From assembly GCA_027028625.1 (NCBI GenBank), contig JALVIH010000052.1, positions 1-49,216 on the forward strand: a DNA stretch of 49,216 nt. Direction: 5' to 3'. Of the stretch, positions 9,896-17,998 are shown one piece after another. Source of the DNA: a bacterium (GTDB taxonomy: Bacteria > Patescibacteriota > Microgenomatia > JAADGY01). The position numbers and the translations under genes are program-made. The notes beneath the pieces are model-generated. The model was not told the DNA's origin and did no database searches. It was given only the letters and a program-made list of their open reading frames with translations. The stretch's first letter is position 1. Each line of letters opens with the position of its first letter.

Positions 9896-11050
9896 ATGGC
9901 TAAGGCTTTACATTGGGAGGTTGATTGGGTTCTTCTTAGTTGTTTTGCCCTTTTAAGTTTTATTGGTTTAGTTCTCATTTATACTCTTGATATTCATCTT
10001 TTCTACCTTCAACTAAGTGGTCTGGCTATCGGAGTAGCTTTAATGGTTATCTTAAGCCTTCTTCCTTTTTTAAAACTAATTCAATGGGCACCGTTGGTTT
10101 ACTTTTTAAACATCTTTCTTTTGGGACTGGTTCTTTTAACCTCTCCAATTAAAGGCGCCCATCGATGGCTGAGTGGTTTTCTTTTTAACTTCCAACCTTC
10201 AGAAATGTACAAATTTAGTCTTCTTCTTATCTCTTGGTGGTTTATCTACCATCTTCCCCAACTAAAAGAAAAGAAAGTGCCTCTTAAACTTAGCCTTTTT
10301 CTTAGCTTAACCTTTCCCTTATTCCTTATCCTCATCGAGCCTGATTTAGGAACAACCCTCTTCCTCGGTTTGGCCTTCCTTGTAGCTTGGCTGCCTTTCT
10401 TGTTCTCTCCCAAATCCTTCCTCCTTTCCCTTTTTTTCCTAGCCATCTTCACTCCTTTTATGTGGTATCAACTCAAACCATACCAACAACAACGACTAAC
10501 TTCTTTTCTCAACCCTCTAGCCGATCCCTATAAAAGTGGTTATAACATCATCCAGGCTCAGTTGACTATCCATAATGGAGGTATCTGGGGGAAGCTAAAC
10601 TCTACCCATCATTATCAAGATATCTTACCCGAGGTGAAAACAGACTTTATTTTTTCCGCTTGGGTAGAGGATACCGGTTTTATGGGGGGCATCTTCCTTA
10701 TCTTTCTTTACAGCTTAATTCTCCTCCGCCTAGCCAAGATAGCCGCTCCTTTACCCCCCTTGGAAAAGATACCTCTTATCCTCATTATCTTCTTTATCCC
10801 CCTTCAAGCCCTTATTCATATGGCTATCAACCTCCAACTTCTCCCAGTTACCGGTTTGCCTTTACCTTTTATCTCTTACGGCCGATCGTCCCTAATAACT
10901 AACTTTGCCCTTTTAGGATTACTTAATTCCCGCCTTCGCTACCAGGGGAAAACACCAACTCCGCCTCCAACTCGACCACCTTCTCCCCCAGCGGAACGAC
11001 CTTCATTAGTGAGGAATCTAGAACTTAGTAAAATGACCAATGTTCAATGA
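9896..11050 (+). CDS. rodA: SEDS-family protein (RodA/FtsW paralogue) with a Pro-rich C-terminal tail
   Basis: 384-aa polytopic ORF with GAHRWL..FQPSE, EPDLGT, TDFIFSAWVEDTGF and LPFISYGRSS. The last ~37 aa are PTPPPTRPPSPP... followed by repeat-derived sequence. Confidence 0.8.
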   Translation: MAKALHWEVDWVLLSCFALLSFIGLVLIYTLDIHLFYLQLSGLAIGVALMVILSLLPFLKLIQWAPLVYFLNIFLLGLVLLTSPIKGAHRWLSGFLFNFQPSEMYKFSLLLISWWFIYHLPQLKEKKVPLKLSLFLSLTFPLFLILIEPDLGTTLFLGLAFLVAWLPFLFSPKSFLLSLFFLAIFTPFMWYQLKPYQQQRLTSFLNPLADPYKSGYNIIQAQLTIHNGGIWGKLNSTHHYQDILPEVKTDFIFSAWVEDTGFMGGIFLIFLYSLILLRLAKIAAPLPPLEKIPLILIIFFIPLQALIHMAINLQLLPVTGLPLPFISYGRSSLITNFALLGLLNSRLRYQGKTPTPPPTRPPSPPAERPSLVRNLELSKMTNVQ

Positions 11051-11137
11051 TCAATTTTCAAACAATATGGAACTAGGAACTAGGGGATTAATTTTAAAAT
11101 CTTAATTTTAATTATAGGAAAGTAGCTACTTGACCGC

Positions 11138-11342
11138 GTCATCCTGAACGAGCCAAGAGGCGAAGTGAAGGATCTAGCCGAAGGCGCACGAGAGCGCTCC
11201 CAAGTATTGGTGCTAATTCTTTGCGCTACGCTAGATTCTTCACATTCGTTCAGAATGACTCCTCGAGGGGGTTATACTCTATGACTTTATGAACTTTCTA
11301 ACTTTATAAACTAAGATCTGAGTTCCGAGCTCCAACTTCTGA
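11138..11342 (+). repeat. Mosaic palindromic intergenic repeat, copy A
   Basis: Imperfect hairpin arms GTCATCCTGAACG (11138-11150) and CGTTCAGAATGAC (11247-11259). The 3' 110 nt (11231-11340) match copy B (12685-12794) with 2 mismatches. Confidence 0.85.
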
Positions 11343-11451
11343 TTACCTAATTCCAAACAAACTGAACTTCAAACTCAACACCTGACTTATTGCTTAAAGT
11401 GATATACTAATAGTAAAGACTATCATATATTATTAACTTTAAGGAGGAAGG

Positions 11452-12384
11452 ATGACTAAAAGAGGTCCGGAGAGTGAGCAAACTTATAAGTCTCCTCGAC
11501 CAGTTGATCAACTAAACCCAAAGGTGGAAAGTACAATACGATTCCTGGATAAAACTCTTTTAGGTAGCGAAGGTTTTTCAATAGAAGAAAAAACTGAGGA
11601 GGATTATGTTCTAGCAATAGAAAAGACCGGTTTAGAAGTAAAAGTAGTGTTTTATGGACAAACTGCCTATCCAAAAAGAGTGGAATTACATAAAAATGGA
11701 GTAGGGGTAACAATAGGATATGATGAAAAATTAAGAACAACAGATGCTATAGTAAGGATTCAGGGCAGGACACCAGGCCTTTTTCATGGACCAACAAACT
11801 GGTTTAACCTAAAAGAGGAGAATATCCACGATATTGCCTGTCAACTTAACTTCCCAGAAAATATTGTGAGGTCACTTATTCAGGAAGGTATATTCTCTAC
11901 TTCAAGAATGGCTAGGGAAATGGCAATTATTACTTCCAAAGCTGGGGACGCATTAATAGAAACAGGATTTTGGTGGCCAAATTTTTACGATAACTTACTA
12001 CCTTTAATTCCATCAAGTATTGGTAACAAAATTCCTACCATAGTATTACCATTGAAGGGAGCAGGACATTTGTTGATGGTTCAACACCTTCAATCACCTG
12101 ACTCCAAATCACCAAAAGGAAGAGTCTCAATTATATATCCATCCGAATCAGGACATGTTCCTACCGACCCCTTTGAAAAGTTAGAAATTAACCCTAATCC
12201 TGAAAAAATGAAAGGAGTAGATGCTATGCTTAGAGTTACAGCAGACAAGTGGCATACTAGGATTGATACCGTCTACCGTAATAATAATGGGGACTTTACA
12301 CCAGAATGGTTACGTTATCCTGATCTAGATAAAGCGTTAACTTTTATCTTAACGAGGGCAGCTGAAGAATTAACTCATGTTTAA
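11452..12384 (+). CDS. Hypothetical protein (ORFan, no recognisable motif)
   Basis: 310-aa ORF preceded by a strong AAGGAGG site, with a TGnTATACT -10 about 50 nt upstream. Flanked by direct repeat copies A and B. Confidence 0.65.
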   Translation: MTKRGPESEQTYKSPRPVDQLNPKVESTIRFLDKTLLGSEGFSIEEKTEEDYVLAIEKTGLEVKVVFYGQTAYPKRVELHKNGVGVTIGYDEKLRTTDAIVRIQGRTPGLFHGPTNWFNLKEENIHDIACQLNFPENIVRSLIQEGIFSTSRMAREMAIITSKAGDALIETGFWWPNFYDNLLPLIPSSIGNKIPTIVLPLKGAGHLLMVQHLQSPDSKSPKGRVSIIYPSESGHVPTDPFEKLEINPNPEKMKGVDAMLRVTADKWHTRIDTVYRNNNGDFTPEWLRYPDLDKALTFILTRAAEELTHV

Positions 12385-12475
12385 TCTTGTAAACCCGCAA
12401 GTAGGTATCTAATTCCACATCTGGATTACTGCGTGCTAAACCCTGACAAGTCGGGGTGACCCGAGGGACAAGGTT

Positions 12476-12550
12476 GTGAATTTTGGTCATTGGGATTTGT
12501 TTAGGATTTTCCTGCCCCTACCGAAGGGGGGTTGGATGTTTGGAATTTGG
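12476..12550 (+). repeat. Intergenic repeat module d (TTGGTCATTGG...CCTGCCCCTACCGAAGGGGGG...TTGGAATTTG), copy 1
   Basis: Aligns by eye with 22668-22740. CCCCTACCGAAGGGGGG is also the reverse complement of 12596-12614 inside copy B. Confidence 0.75.
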
Positions 12551-12569
12551 TACTTGGAGTTTATATTGT

Positions 12570-12803
12570 GTCATCCTGAGGAGCTGGGGCGACGAAGCCC
12601 CCCTTCGGTAGGGGTAAAATCTAGCCGGAGGCGCATGAGGGTGAACCCAAGCTTGGGTGCTAATCCTTGCGCTCGCTCCGCTCGCTAGATTCTTCACATT
12701 CGTTCAGAATGACTCCTCGAGGGGGTTATACTCTATGACTTTACGAACTTTCTAACTTTATAAACTAAGATCTGAGTTCCGAGCTCCAAGTTCTAAGTTC
12801 TAA
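12570..12803 (+). repeat. Mosaic palindromic intergenic repeat, copy B
   Basis: Arms GTCATCCTGAGG (12570-12581) and CGTTCAGAATGAC (12701-12713). The 3' part is nearly identical to copy A. Ends in GTTCCGAGCTCCAAGTTCTAAGTTCTAA periodic words. Confidence 0.85.
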
Positions 12804-12808
12804 TAAAT

Positions 12809-13243
12809 CTACAGATCCAACCTATAGAGATTAGTCTGGCGGAGATGGAAACCGAGGCGGAGGTAAAGGCGATTGGCAGCTACTCGAGCCGGGTGGGAGG
12901 TCAGGTCCAAATGTTTTACTCCAATCTGGCGAGTTTTCTCAATCAACAACTCCATCATCTTAGTGCCGATACCTTGGCGGCGATACTTTTTATCTACTAC
13001 TACTCCTTCAACAAGTCCTGCTTTCACCTCAATTTTCCTAACCACAAAGAGGCTAGCCAAACCAACTAAATGCTGATCAGCAAAAGCAGCCAGCTGAAAA
13101 AGGCTGGGTTGGTCGAGAAAACGGCGAAAGCTAGTCAAATTATGTTTAATTGGAGAAGTGGTCAACTGAGCAATTAAGGAATTAAGATCATCCAGATTAA
13201 TCGTTCCAACATCTGCCGGAGTAAGAAATGCATATTTAATCAT
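12809..13243 (-). CDS. GNAT-family N-acetyltransferase
   Basis: 144 aa with acetyl-CoA binding motif VVVDKKYRRQGIGTKMMELL and C-terminal NRLYLRLGF. Lies 12 nt downstream of the ATP-grasp gene on the same strand. Confidence 0.8.
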   Translation of the reverse strand: MIKYAFLTPADVGTINLDDLNSLIAQLTTSPIKHNLTSFRRFLDQPSLFQLAAFADQHLVGLASLFVVRKIEVKAGLVEGVVVDKKYRRQGIGTKMMELLIEKTRQIGVKHLDLTSHPARVAANRLYLRLGFHLRQTNLYRLDL

Positions 13244-13255
13244 TACTTACTTTAA

Positions 13256-15067
13256 TTATAAGCCAAAGCTGGGCTTAGTTAGAGCCATTAGATAAAGAAT
13301 GTTCCGATGTTCCGAACCATCCAGATCGGTCAGCTGCTGCCTACCAGCCCAAGAATTATATTTATCAACCAAATAACAACCAAAAGGAGAGATAGAGTCC
13401 TGAGCCTGGTTGAGAATAATCTTTTCTAAATGGCTAGAGTAGTTTAATAAACGGCAAGCTACTAAAAATTCTAGCTTTTGATCCAGCGACATCTGACTAA
13501 AATTGTTGGAAATCAGCTCTTCTAATCGACGAATAATTTTGAGATAAAGTTGAGCTTCTGTTTTAATTGGCTGGGCATAAAATAAGGAGGCATTAATGAT
13601 AGCATGAGCCAGGAGATAAAATTCAGAGACTAAATGTTCTTGAAGAGTGAGATTACTTAGTTTTACCTTTCTTAATTGAAGTAAACTTTCGCTATCAAAC
13701 TTAACTATTCTGGGGAAAAAGAGACGGTTCAGAAATATAAAGTCTACCCCCCGACTAGAGAGGACAAATAACTCTTCCGGATGAGCCACCAATCTATCAA
13801 GATAACGGCGAATGAGTTTTTCATCCAATAAATTCAAAACCTCTTCACTTTTTAAACCATAAAGATGGCGGCTAAAAAGGAGAGTAAAGAAAATTTTGTT
13901 GTAAGCTCCTAACCAGGGATATTTCTTAACCACCGGCCAGCGAAAGGGGTGGATACCAACTATTTCTTTCCAGAATAACCCCGCTTGAGCCAGATATCCT
14001 TTAACCAATCTCTTCATCTCTTCTAAATTATCCGGATATAACCGGCGAAGGGTAGGGTGGTTTTTGATGTCTTTATTTCCAAACCACAAATACTGGCGGA
14101 CTAAAAAATGAGCTCGTTTCTTGGGGGAGAGAAATTCCAAGTTAGACCAATAATAATTCTCAACTTTCCGATACAGAGAGGAATTACTATCTCGACACTT
14201 ACTAATCTGCTTGGTTACCAAAACTATTTTTTCAGCAATATTAAAAGGAGTCAAAGCCTGAAGATGCTGCCATTGATTAACTGTATTTACTTCCAAAAAA
14301 TACCACTTCTTTTCTTCTTGATGGTAAATTAAATCTATTCCTGCAATCATCAAATCTAAGTTTGTCGCCAAACGGCTAGCCAGACGGCTTAAGAATGGCT
14401 TCAAGGAACTCTCAACCGGATAAACTTTTCCACCTTGGGAAGCATTGTTTAAAAAGGGATGCTTAGTTCTCACCCGTTTCATCATAGCTACTGCCACTCC
14501 TCCAACAACCATTACTCGGTAATCTCCGTCATTAGGGATAAAATTTTGAAAAACATAAGCTTTCAAATCAGAAAGCTGTTTTATTTCATCCTGCCGAGTA
14601 ATTAAATAACTTCCTTTACCCTCGGCTCCTTTATTAGGCTTGGCAATAAAAGGGTAGTTTAACCAACCTTTTTTTATTAAGAGGTAAAGTTCTTTCTCAC
14701 CAGCAACAATATAAGTAGGAATAAAGTTGATCAGGTGGCTGAAATAATTTTTGATATAAGCCTGCTGAACAGATTTAAAAGTTAGGTAAGGACGGTTGAT
14801 TAGGGAGGGATTAATTATATAGGCCCCTTGACGTTTGGCCTCTAGAAGAAAAACAGTTCGCTGGTCAGCAGAAGAATAATTTTCCTCTAGCTTAGCACTC
14901 CGCCAATAAATAACATCTCCAGGATTGATTAAACCAACCGCTACTCGAGCTGTTGAGGGATTAATAACTCTAAACTCCACCTGCAACTTCTGTGCAGCTT
15001 CTTTTAACTGATGAATATGCCATTTTTGAGATGGAGTATCTTGGCGACTGACTAGAATGAATTTCAT
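13256..15067 (-). CDS. RimK-like ATP-grasp ligase fused to a ~300-aa helical C-terminal domain of unknown function
   Basis: 603 aa. Residues ~120-290 carry ATP-grasp motifs (FIAKPNKGAEGKGSYLI, DYRVMVVGG, NASQGGKVYP, IAGIDLIY...YFLEVN). I do not recognise the C-terminal half. Confidence 0.7.
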   Translation of the reverse strand: MKFILVSRQDTPSQKWHIHQLKEAAQKLQVEFRVINPSTARVAVGLINPGDVIYWRSAKLEENYSSADQRTVFLLEAKRQGAYIINPSLINRPYLTFKSVQQAYIKNYFSHLINFIPTYIVAGEKELYLLIKKGWLNYPFIAKPNKGAEGKGSYLITRQDEIKQLSDLKAYVFQNFIPNDGDYRVMVVGGVAVAMMKRVRTKHPFLNNASQGGKVYPVESSLKPFLSRLASRLATNLDLMIAGIDLIYHQEEKKWYFLEVNTVNQWQHLQALTPFNIAEKIVLVTKQISKCRDSNSSLYRKVENYYWSNLEFLSPKKRAHFLVRQYLWFGNKDIKNHPTLRRLYPDNLEEMKRLVKGYLAQAGLFWKEIVGIHPFRWPVVKKYPWLGAYNKIFFTLLFSRHLYGLKSEEVLNLLDEKLIRRYLDRLVAHPEELFVLSSRGVDFIFLNRLFFPRIVKFDSESLLQLRKVKLSNLTLQEHLVSEFYLLAHAIINASLFYAQPIKTEAQLYLKIIRRLEELISNNFSQMSLDQKLEFLVACRLLNYSSHLEKIILNQAQDSISPFGCYLVDKYNSWAGRQQLTDLDGSEHRNILYLMALTKPSFGL

Positions 15068-15085
15068 ACCCTAATATACACCAAC

Positions 15086-15116
15086 TCTTAGTTTATAAAG
15101 TTAGAAAGTTCGTAAA
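15086..15116 (-). repeat. 31-nt module, exact inverted copy of 12740-12770
   Basis: TCTTAGTTTATAAAGTTAGAAAGTTCGTAAA is the exact reverse complement of TTTACGAACTTTCTAACTTTATAAACTAAGA. Confidence 0.9.
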
Positions 15117-15218
15117 TCCAAGTTCCAAGTTCATCACACTCCCGAAGAGTGATAAATCACACTTCGGGAGAGTGATTTGTTCCAAGTTCTAAGTTCTAAT
15201 CACCTAGTTCCAACAATC

Positions 15219-15227
15219 TGTTATAAT
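15219..15227 (+). promoter_or_regulatory. Extended -10 promoter element (TGtTATAAT) of rplU, 6 nt before the ATG
   Basis: TG at 15219-15220, TATAAT at 15222-15227, TTCAAT, then ATG at 15234. Confidence 0.5.
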
Positions 15228-15233
15228 TTCAAT

Positions 15234-15611
15234 ATGAATCAGAAAGTAATTGTTGAACTCCAAGGTCATCAATACATTCTTGGCGAAGGCGAAGAGGTCG
15301 ATGTAGATCGCTTGTCAACAGCTGAGGGAAAAACCTTTACCACCTCAAACATTCTAGCTCTAGTTAATGATAAAAAGGTAGAAGTAGGTCAACCGTATCT
15401 AGCTAAAGTTAAGGCTGAACTCAAGGTAATCAAACACTTTCTGGGACCAAAAACATCTGAGTTCCATTACAAAGCTAAGTCTCACTACCGCCGCCATCGG
15501 GGTTTTCGTCGATCCCTCAGCCGAGTAAGGTTGGAAAAAATTATCCTAGAAACTTCAAAGGCTGCCCCTAAAAAGGCTAAATCAACTCAAGTTAAAACCC
15601 TAAAGAAGTGA
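15234..15611 (+). CDS. rplU: 50S ribosomal protein L21
   Basis: MNQKVIVELQGHQYILGEGEEVDVDRL... and KAKSHYRRHRGFR are typical of L21. Start moved to ATG 15234, behind the -10 box. Lys-rich C-terminal extension. Confidence 0.9.
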   Translation: MNQKVIVELQGHQYILGEGEEVDVDRLSTAEGKTFTTSNILALVNDKKVEVGQPYLAKVKAELKVIKHFLGPKTSEFHYKAKSHYRRHRGFRRSLSRVRLEKIILETSKAAPKKAKSTQVKTLKK

Positions 15612-16816
15612 ACCAGGTATTTTGGTTTAATCTCAACTCTACCAGCCAAGAGTTTTCCCAAGTAGAAGTAGAGGAAGTATTTAAACAAGAAGGCTATCAT
15701 TGGTCGAGAAACAAAAAGGGTAGTTTTTACCTTTACCATCTAGACAAATTCCCAACTACTCAGGTCCTAAACCGACTCGGAGGGACTATTTGGGTAGGAA
15801 AAGAGCTAGACAAAGCCTCGAATCTTAAGTCTATTCAGGAGAAAGTGGAAGCAGTAAGCCAAGAAGAACTAAAAAAGCATTCTTTTAAACGGTTTGCTCT
15901 TTGGTTTTATGACAACTCTAAATATGATCCTCAATTGAGTCAATCCCTCAGCCAAGAGCTAAAAGCAAAACTTAAACTTTCTTATCTCAACTTCCGCCAA
16001 CCCCGCTTAAGTCGGAAACAACTTCAATCCAATCTTATTCTTACCATTATTAAGTATAAAAAAACATTTTATCTCCTTCAGCTTATCTGGTACTACCCCT
16101 GGGAAAATTTTATTTGGAAAGATAAAAGTAAGATTTTTGTCCAACCCACGGCTGGCATGCTTCCTCACAAACTCAGTCGGATGATGGTTAACCTTAGCTT
16201 ACCAACCTCGCCAACCAAACTCCCAGATGGTTATTACCTTCTGGACCCCTTTGCTGGCTCGGGGACAATCCTCATCGAAGCTTTAGATCAAGGCATTCCT
16301 GTCGTCGGTATTGAAAAAAATCCAACTGCCTTTGCTGGCTTAAAGGCAAATCTAGATAATTTTCTCAGCAAAATTCGGGCCAAAACTCCATATCAGCTCT
16401 ACCAGGGCAATGTCAGCCGCCTTCACCGAATAGTAAAGGAAAAAATAATCGCTGTGGCCAGCGAACCTTATCTAGGGCCAGCCTTCCGTTGGCGGACTAA
16501 TCGTTATCAAAAAAGGTACTTAACCACTTCCCAACGCCCTGACAAACATATTGACCAAAAACAAATAATGGAGATCATTAACAACTTGGAAAAACTTTAT
16601 TATCTTTGGCTCAAACATCAAGCTTTAATCCTCAAACCAGAAACAAAAGTAGTAGTAATCTTCCCTCTTCTTCATTTTCACGAACGATTTTACAGAATAA
16701 AACTGATTGACAATCACCGTTTGGAAGGGTATACTCTATATCAAGGTCCGTTTGTTATTAAAAGTCAACGCGATCTGGCGGTCCGCCGCCAAATTTTAGT
16801 CTTAAGGAGGAAGTAA
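15608..16816 (+). CDS. Class I SAM-dependent methyltransferase (UPF0020/RlmL-Trm14-like core) with an unassigned N-terminal domain
   Basis: 402 aa with motif [16 protein letters not shown], an acidic-loop-like VVGIEKNP and a degenerate motif [13 protein letters not shown] start overlaps the rplU stop (GTGA); its stop overlaps the rpmA ATG (TAATG). Confidence 0.65.
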   Translation: MNQVFWFNLNSTSQEFSQVEVEEVFKQEGYHWSRNKKGSFYLYHLDKFPTTQVLNRLGGTIWVGKELDKASNLKSIQEKVEAVSQEELKKHSFKRFALWFYDNSKYDPQLSQSLSQELKAKLKLSYLNFRQPRLSRKQLQSNLILTIIKYKKTFYLLQLIWYYPWENFIWKDKSKIFVQPTAGMLPHKLSRMMVNLSLPTSPTKLPDGYYLLDPFAGSGTILIEALDQGIPVVGIEKNPTAFAGLKANLDNFLSKIRAKTPYQLYQGNVSRLHRIVKEKIIAVASEPYLGPAFRWRTNRYQKRYLTTSQRPDKHIDQKQIMEIINNLEKLYYLWLKHQALILKPETKVVVIFPLLHFHERFYRIKLIDNHRLEGYTLYQGPFVIKSQRDLAVRRQILVLRRK

Positions 16817-17070
16817 TGTCAAAATCAAAAGCTACCGGTGGCAAGGCCCGCCAAGGTGTCCGCCGAAAAGGAAAACGATTAGGAGTAAAGCTTTTTGGCG
16901 GCCAAGAGGTTAAGGTAGGCAACATTCTAGTCCGCCAACGAGGCACCAAGTTTCGTCCTGGTAAAAATGTAGGAATGGGGCGTGACTTCACCCTTTTTGC
17001 CTTAAAAGAGGGAATCGTTAAGTTCCGTCAACATTGGGGTAAAAAAATAATTGATATTTTACCAAAATAA
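16816..17070 (+). CDS. rpmA: 50S ribosomal protein L27
   Basis: 84 aa: [49 protein letters not shown] lies 4 nt upstream. Confidence 0.95.
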   Translation: MSKSKATGGKARQGVRRKGKRLGVKLFGGQEVKVGNILVRQRGTKFRPGKNVGMGRDFTLFALKEGIVKFRQHWGKKIIDILPK

Positions 17071-17071
17071 A

Positions 17072-17998
17072 ATGGGGGATAACTTCCAAGCCAGCGATAA
17101 ACAATCCATAGTCCTTCTTAATGTTGATCTCCTCCAACCTAACCCTCTTCAGCCTCGAGGACATTTTGACAATAAACCGCTTAACGACCTAGTCGAATCT
17201 ATTAAAGAACACGGAGTCTTGGAACCATTAGTAGTCGCCCATACTCCTGCCGGTTACCAAATAATCGCTGGCGAAAGGCGGTGGCGGGCAGCCAAATTAG
17301 CTGGTCTCCATCAAGTACCGGCAATCATAAAAGAAACAACTCCTCAAAAGATGTTAGAGATGGCTATCGTCGAGAACGTCCAACGGGAAGATCTTAACCC
17401 CATTGAACGGGCCATTGCTTTCAAAAGGTTAATCGATGATTTCGGCCTAACTAAAGAACAAATAGCTAAACAGGTTAGCAAAAGCGTTCCTTATGTCATC
17501 AACACCCTCCGTCTCCTCGATCTCCCTGACGCCCTTAAAGACGGCTTAATTGCTGGCCTTATAACTGAGGGCCATGCTCGAGCTTTAGTAAGCATTCCGG
17601 ACAACCAAGCAATGATCCAAGCCTATAAGCAGGTTCTTAAGGAATCGGCCTCGGTTCGCCGAGCCGAAGCCATCGCTAGGTTATACAAAGAGAAGTTAAT
17701 GGGTTTAGGGGTACCCCGTTACGATTCTACCCATCCTCGTTTGGTAGATAAAAAACTCTTCATCTCCCAAAAGAAACTACCCCTCATTGCCGACAAATTA
17801 GCTACCCACCTAAAAAAGAAATTAGGTAAGAGAACAAAACTAGACATTAAACTTAGAAGAACAATCACCCGCACTCAGATCTTAATAAATATCAATGGCA
17901 ATCCTCTAGAAACCAATAATCCGGTGAGAAAACTTTTAGACCATCTCTTCGGCTCACCGAAGTGGTTAGATGACAAAGAGTTACGTGCCTCAGAATGA
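17072..17998 (+). CDS. parB: ParB/Spo0J-family partition or nucleoid-binding protein
   Basis: ParB box GVLEPLVV...YQIIAGERRWRAAKLAG and an HTH region LTKEQIAKQVSKSVPYVINTLRLL. ATG 17072 is preferred over the TTG at 17051. No parA is present in the window. Confidence 0.85.
   Translation: MGDNFQASDKQSIVLLNVDLLQPNPLQPRGHFDNKPLNDLVESIKEHGVLEPLVVAHTPAGYQIIAGERRWRAAKLAGLHQVPAIIKETTPQKMLEMAIVENVQREDLNPIERAIAFKRLIDDFGLTKEQIAKQVSKSVPYVINTLRLLDLPDALKDGLIAGLITEGHARALVSIPDNQAMIQAYKQVLKESASVRRAEAIARLYKEKLMGLGVPRYDSTHPRLVDKKLFISQKKLPLIADKLATHLKKKLGKRTKLDIKLRRTITRTQILININGNPLETNNPVRKLLDHLFGSPKWLDDKELRASE

Noticed and set aside
12476-12688. 70-aa plus-strand ORF
   Set aside because: It lies wholly inside intergenic repeat modules d and B, and its sequence is the translation of palindromic repeat DNA. 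No start signals.
11138-12803. Integron-type gene cassette with attC-like palindromic sites
   Set aside because: No integrase or attI is present in the window, the repeat arms do not show the attC core pattern I know (GTTRRRY-type R boxes), and the same modules occur in ordinary spacers. It is kept only as a generic repeat-mediated cassette hypothesis.
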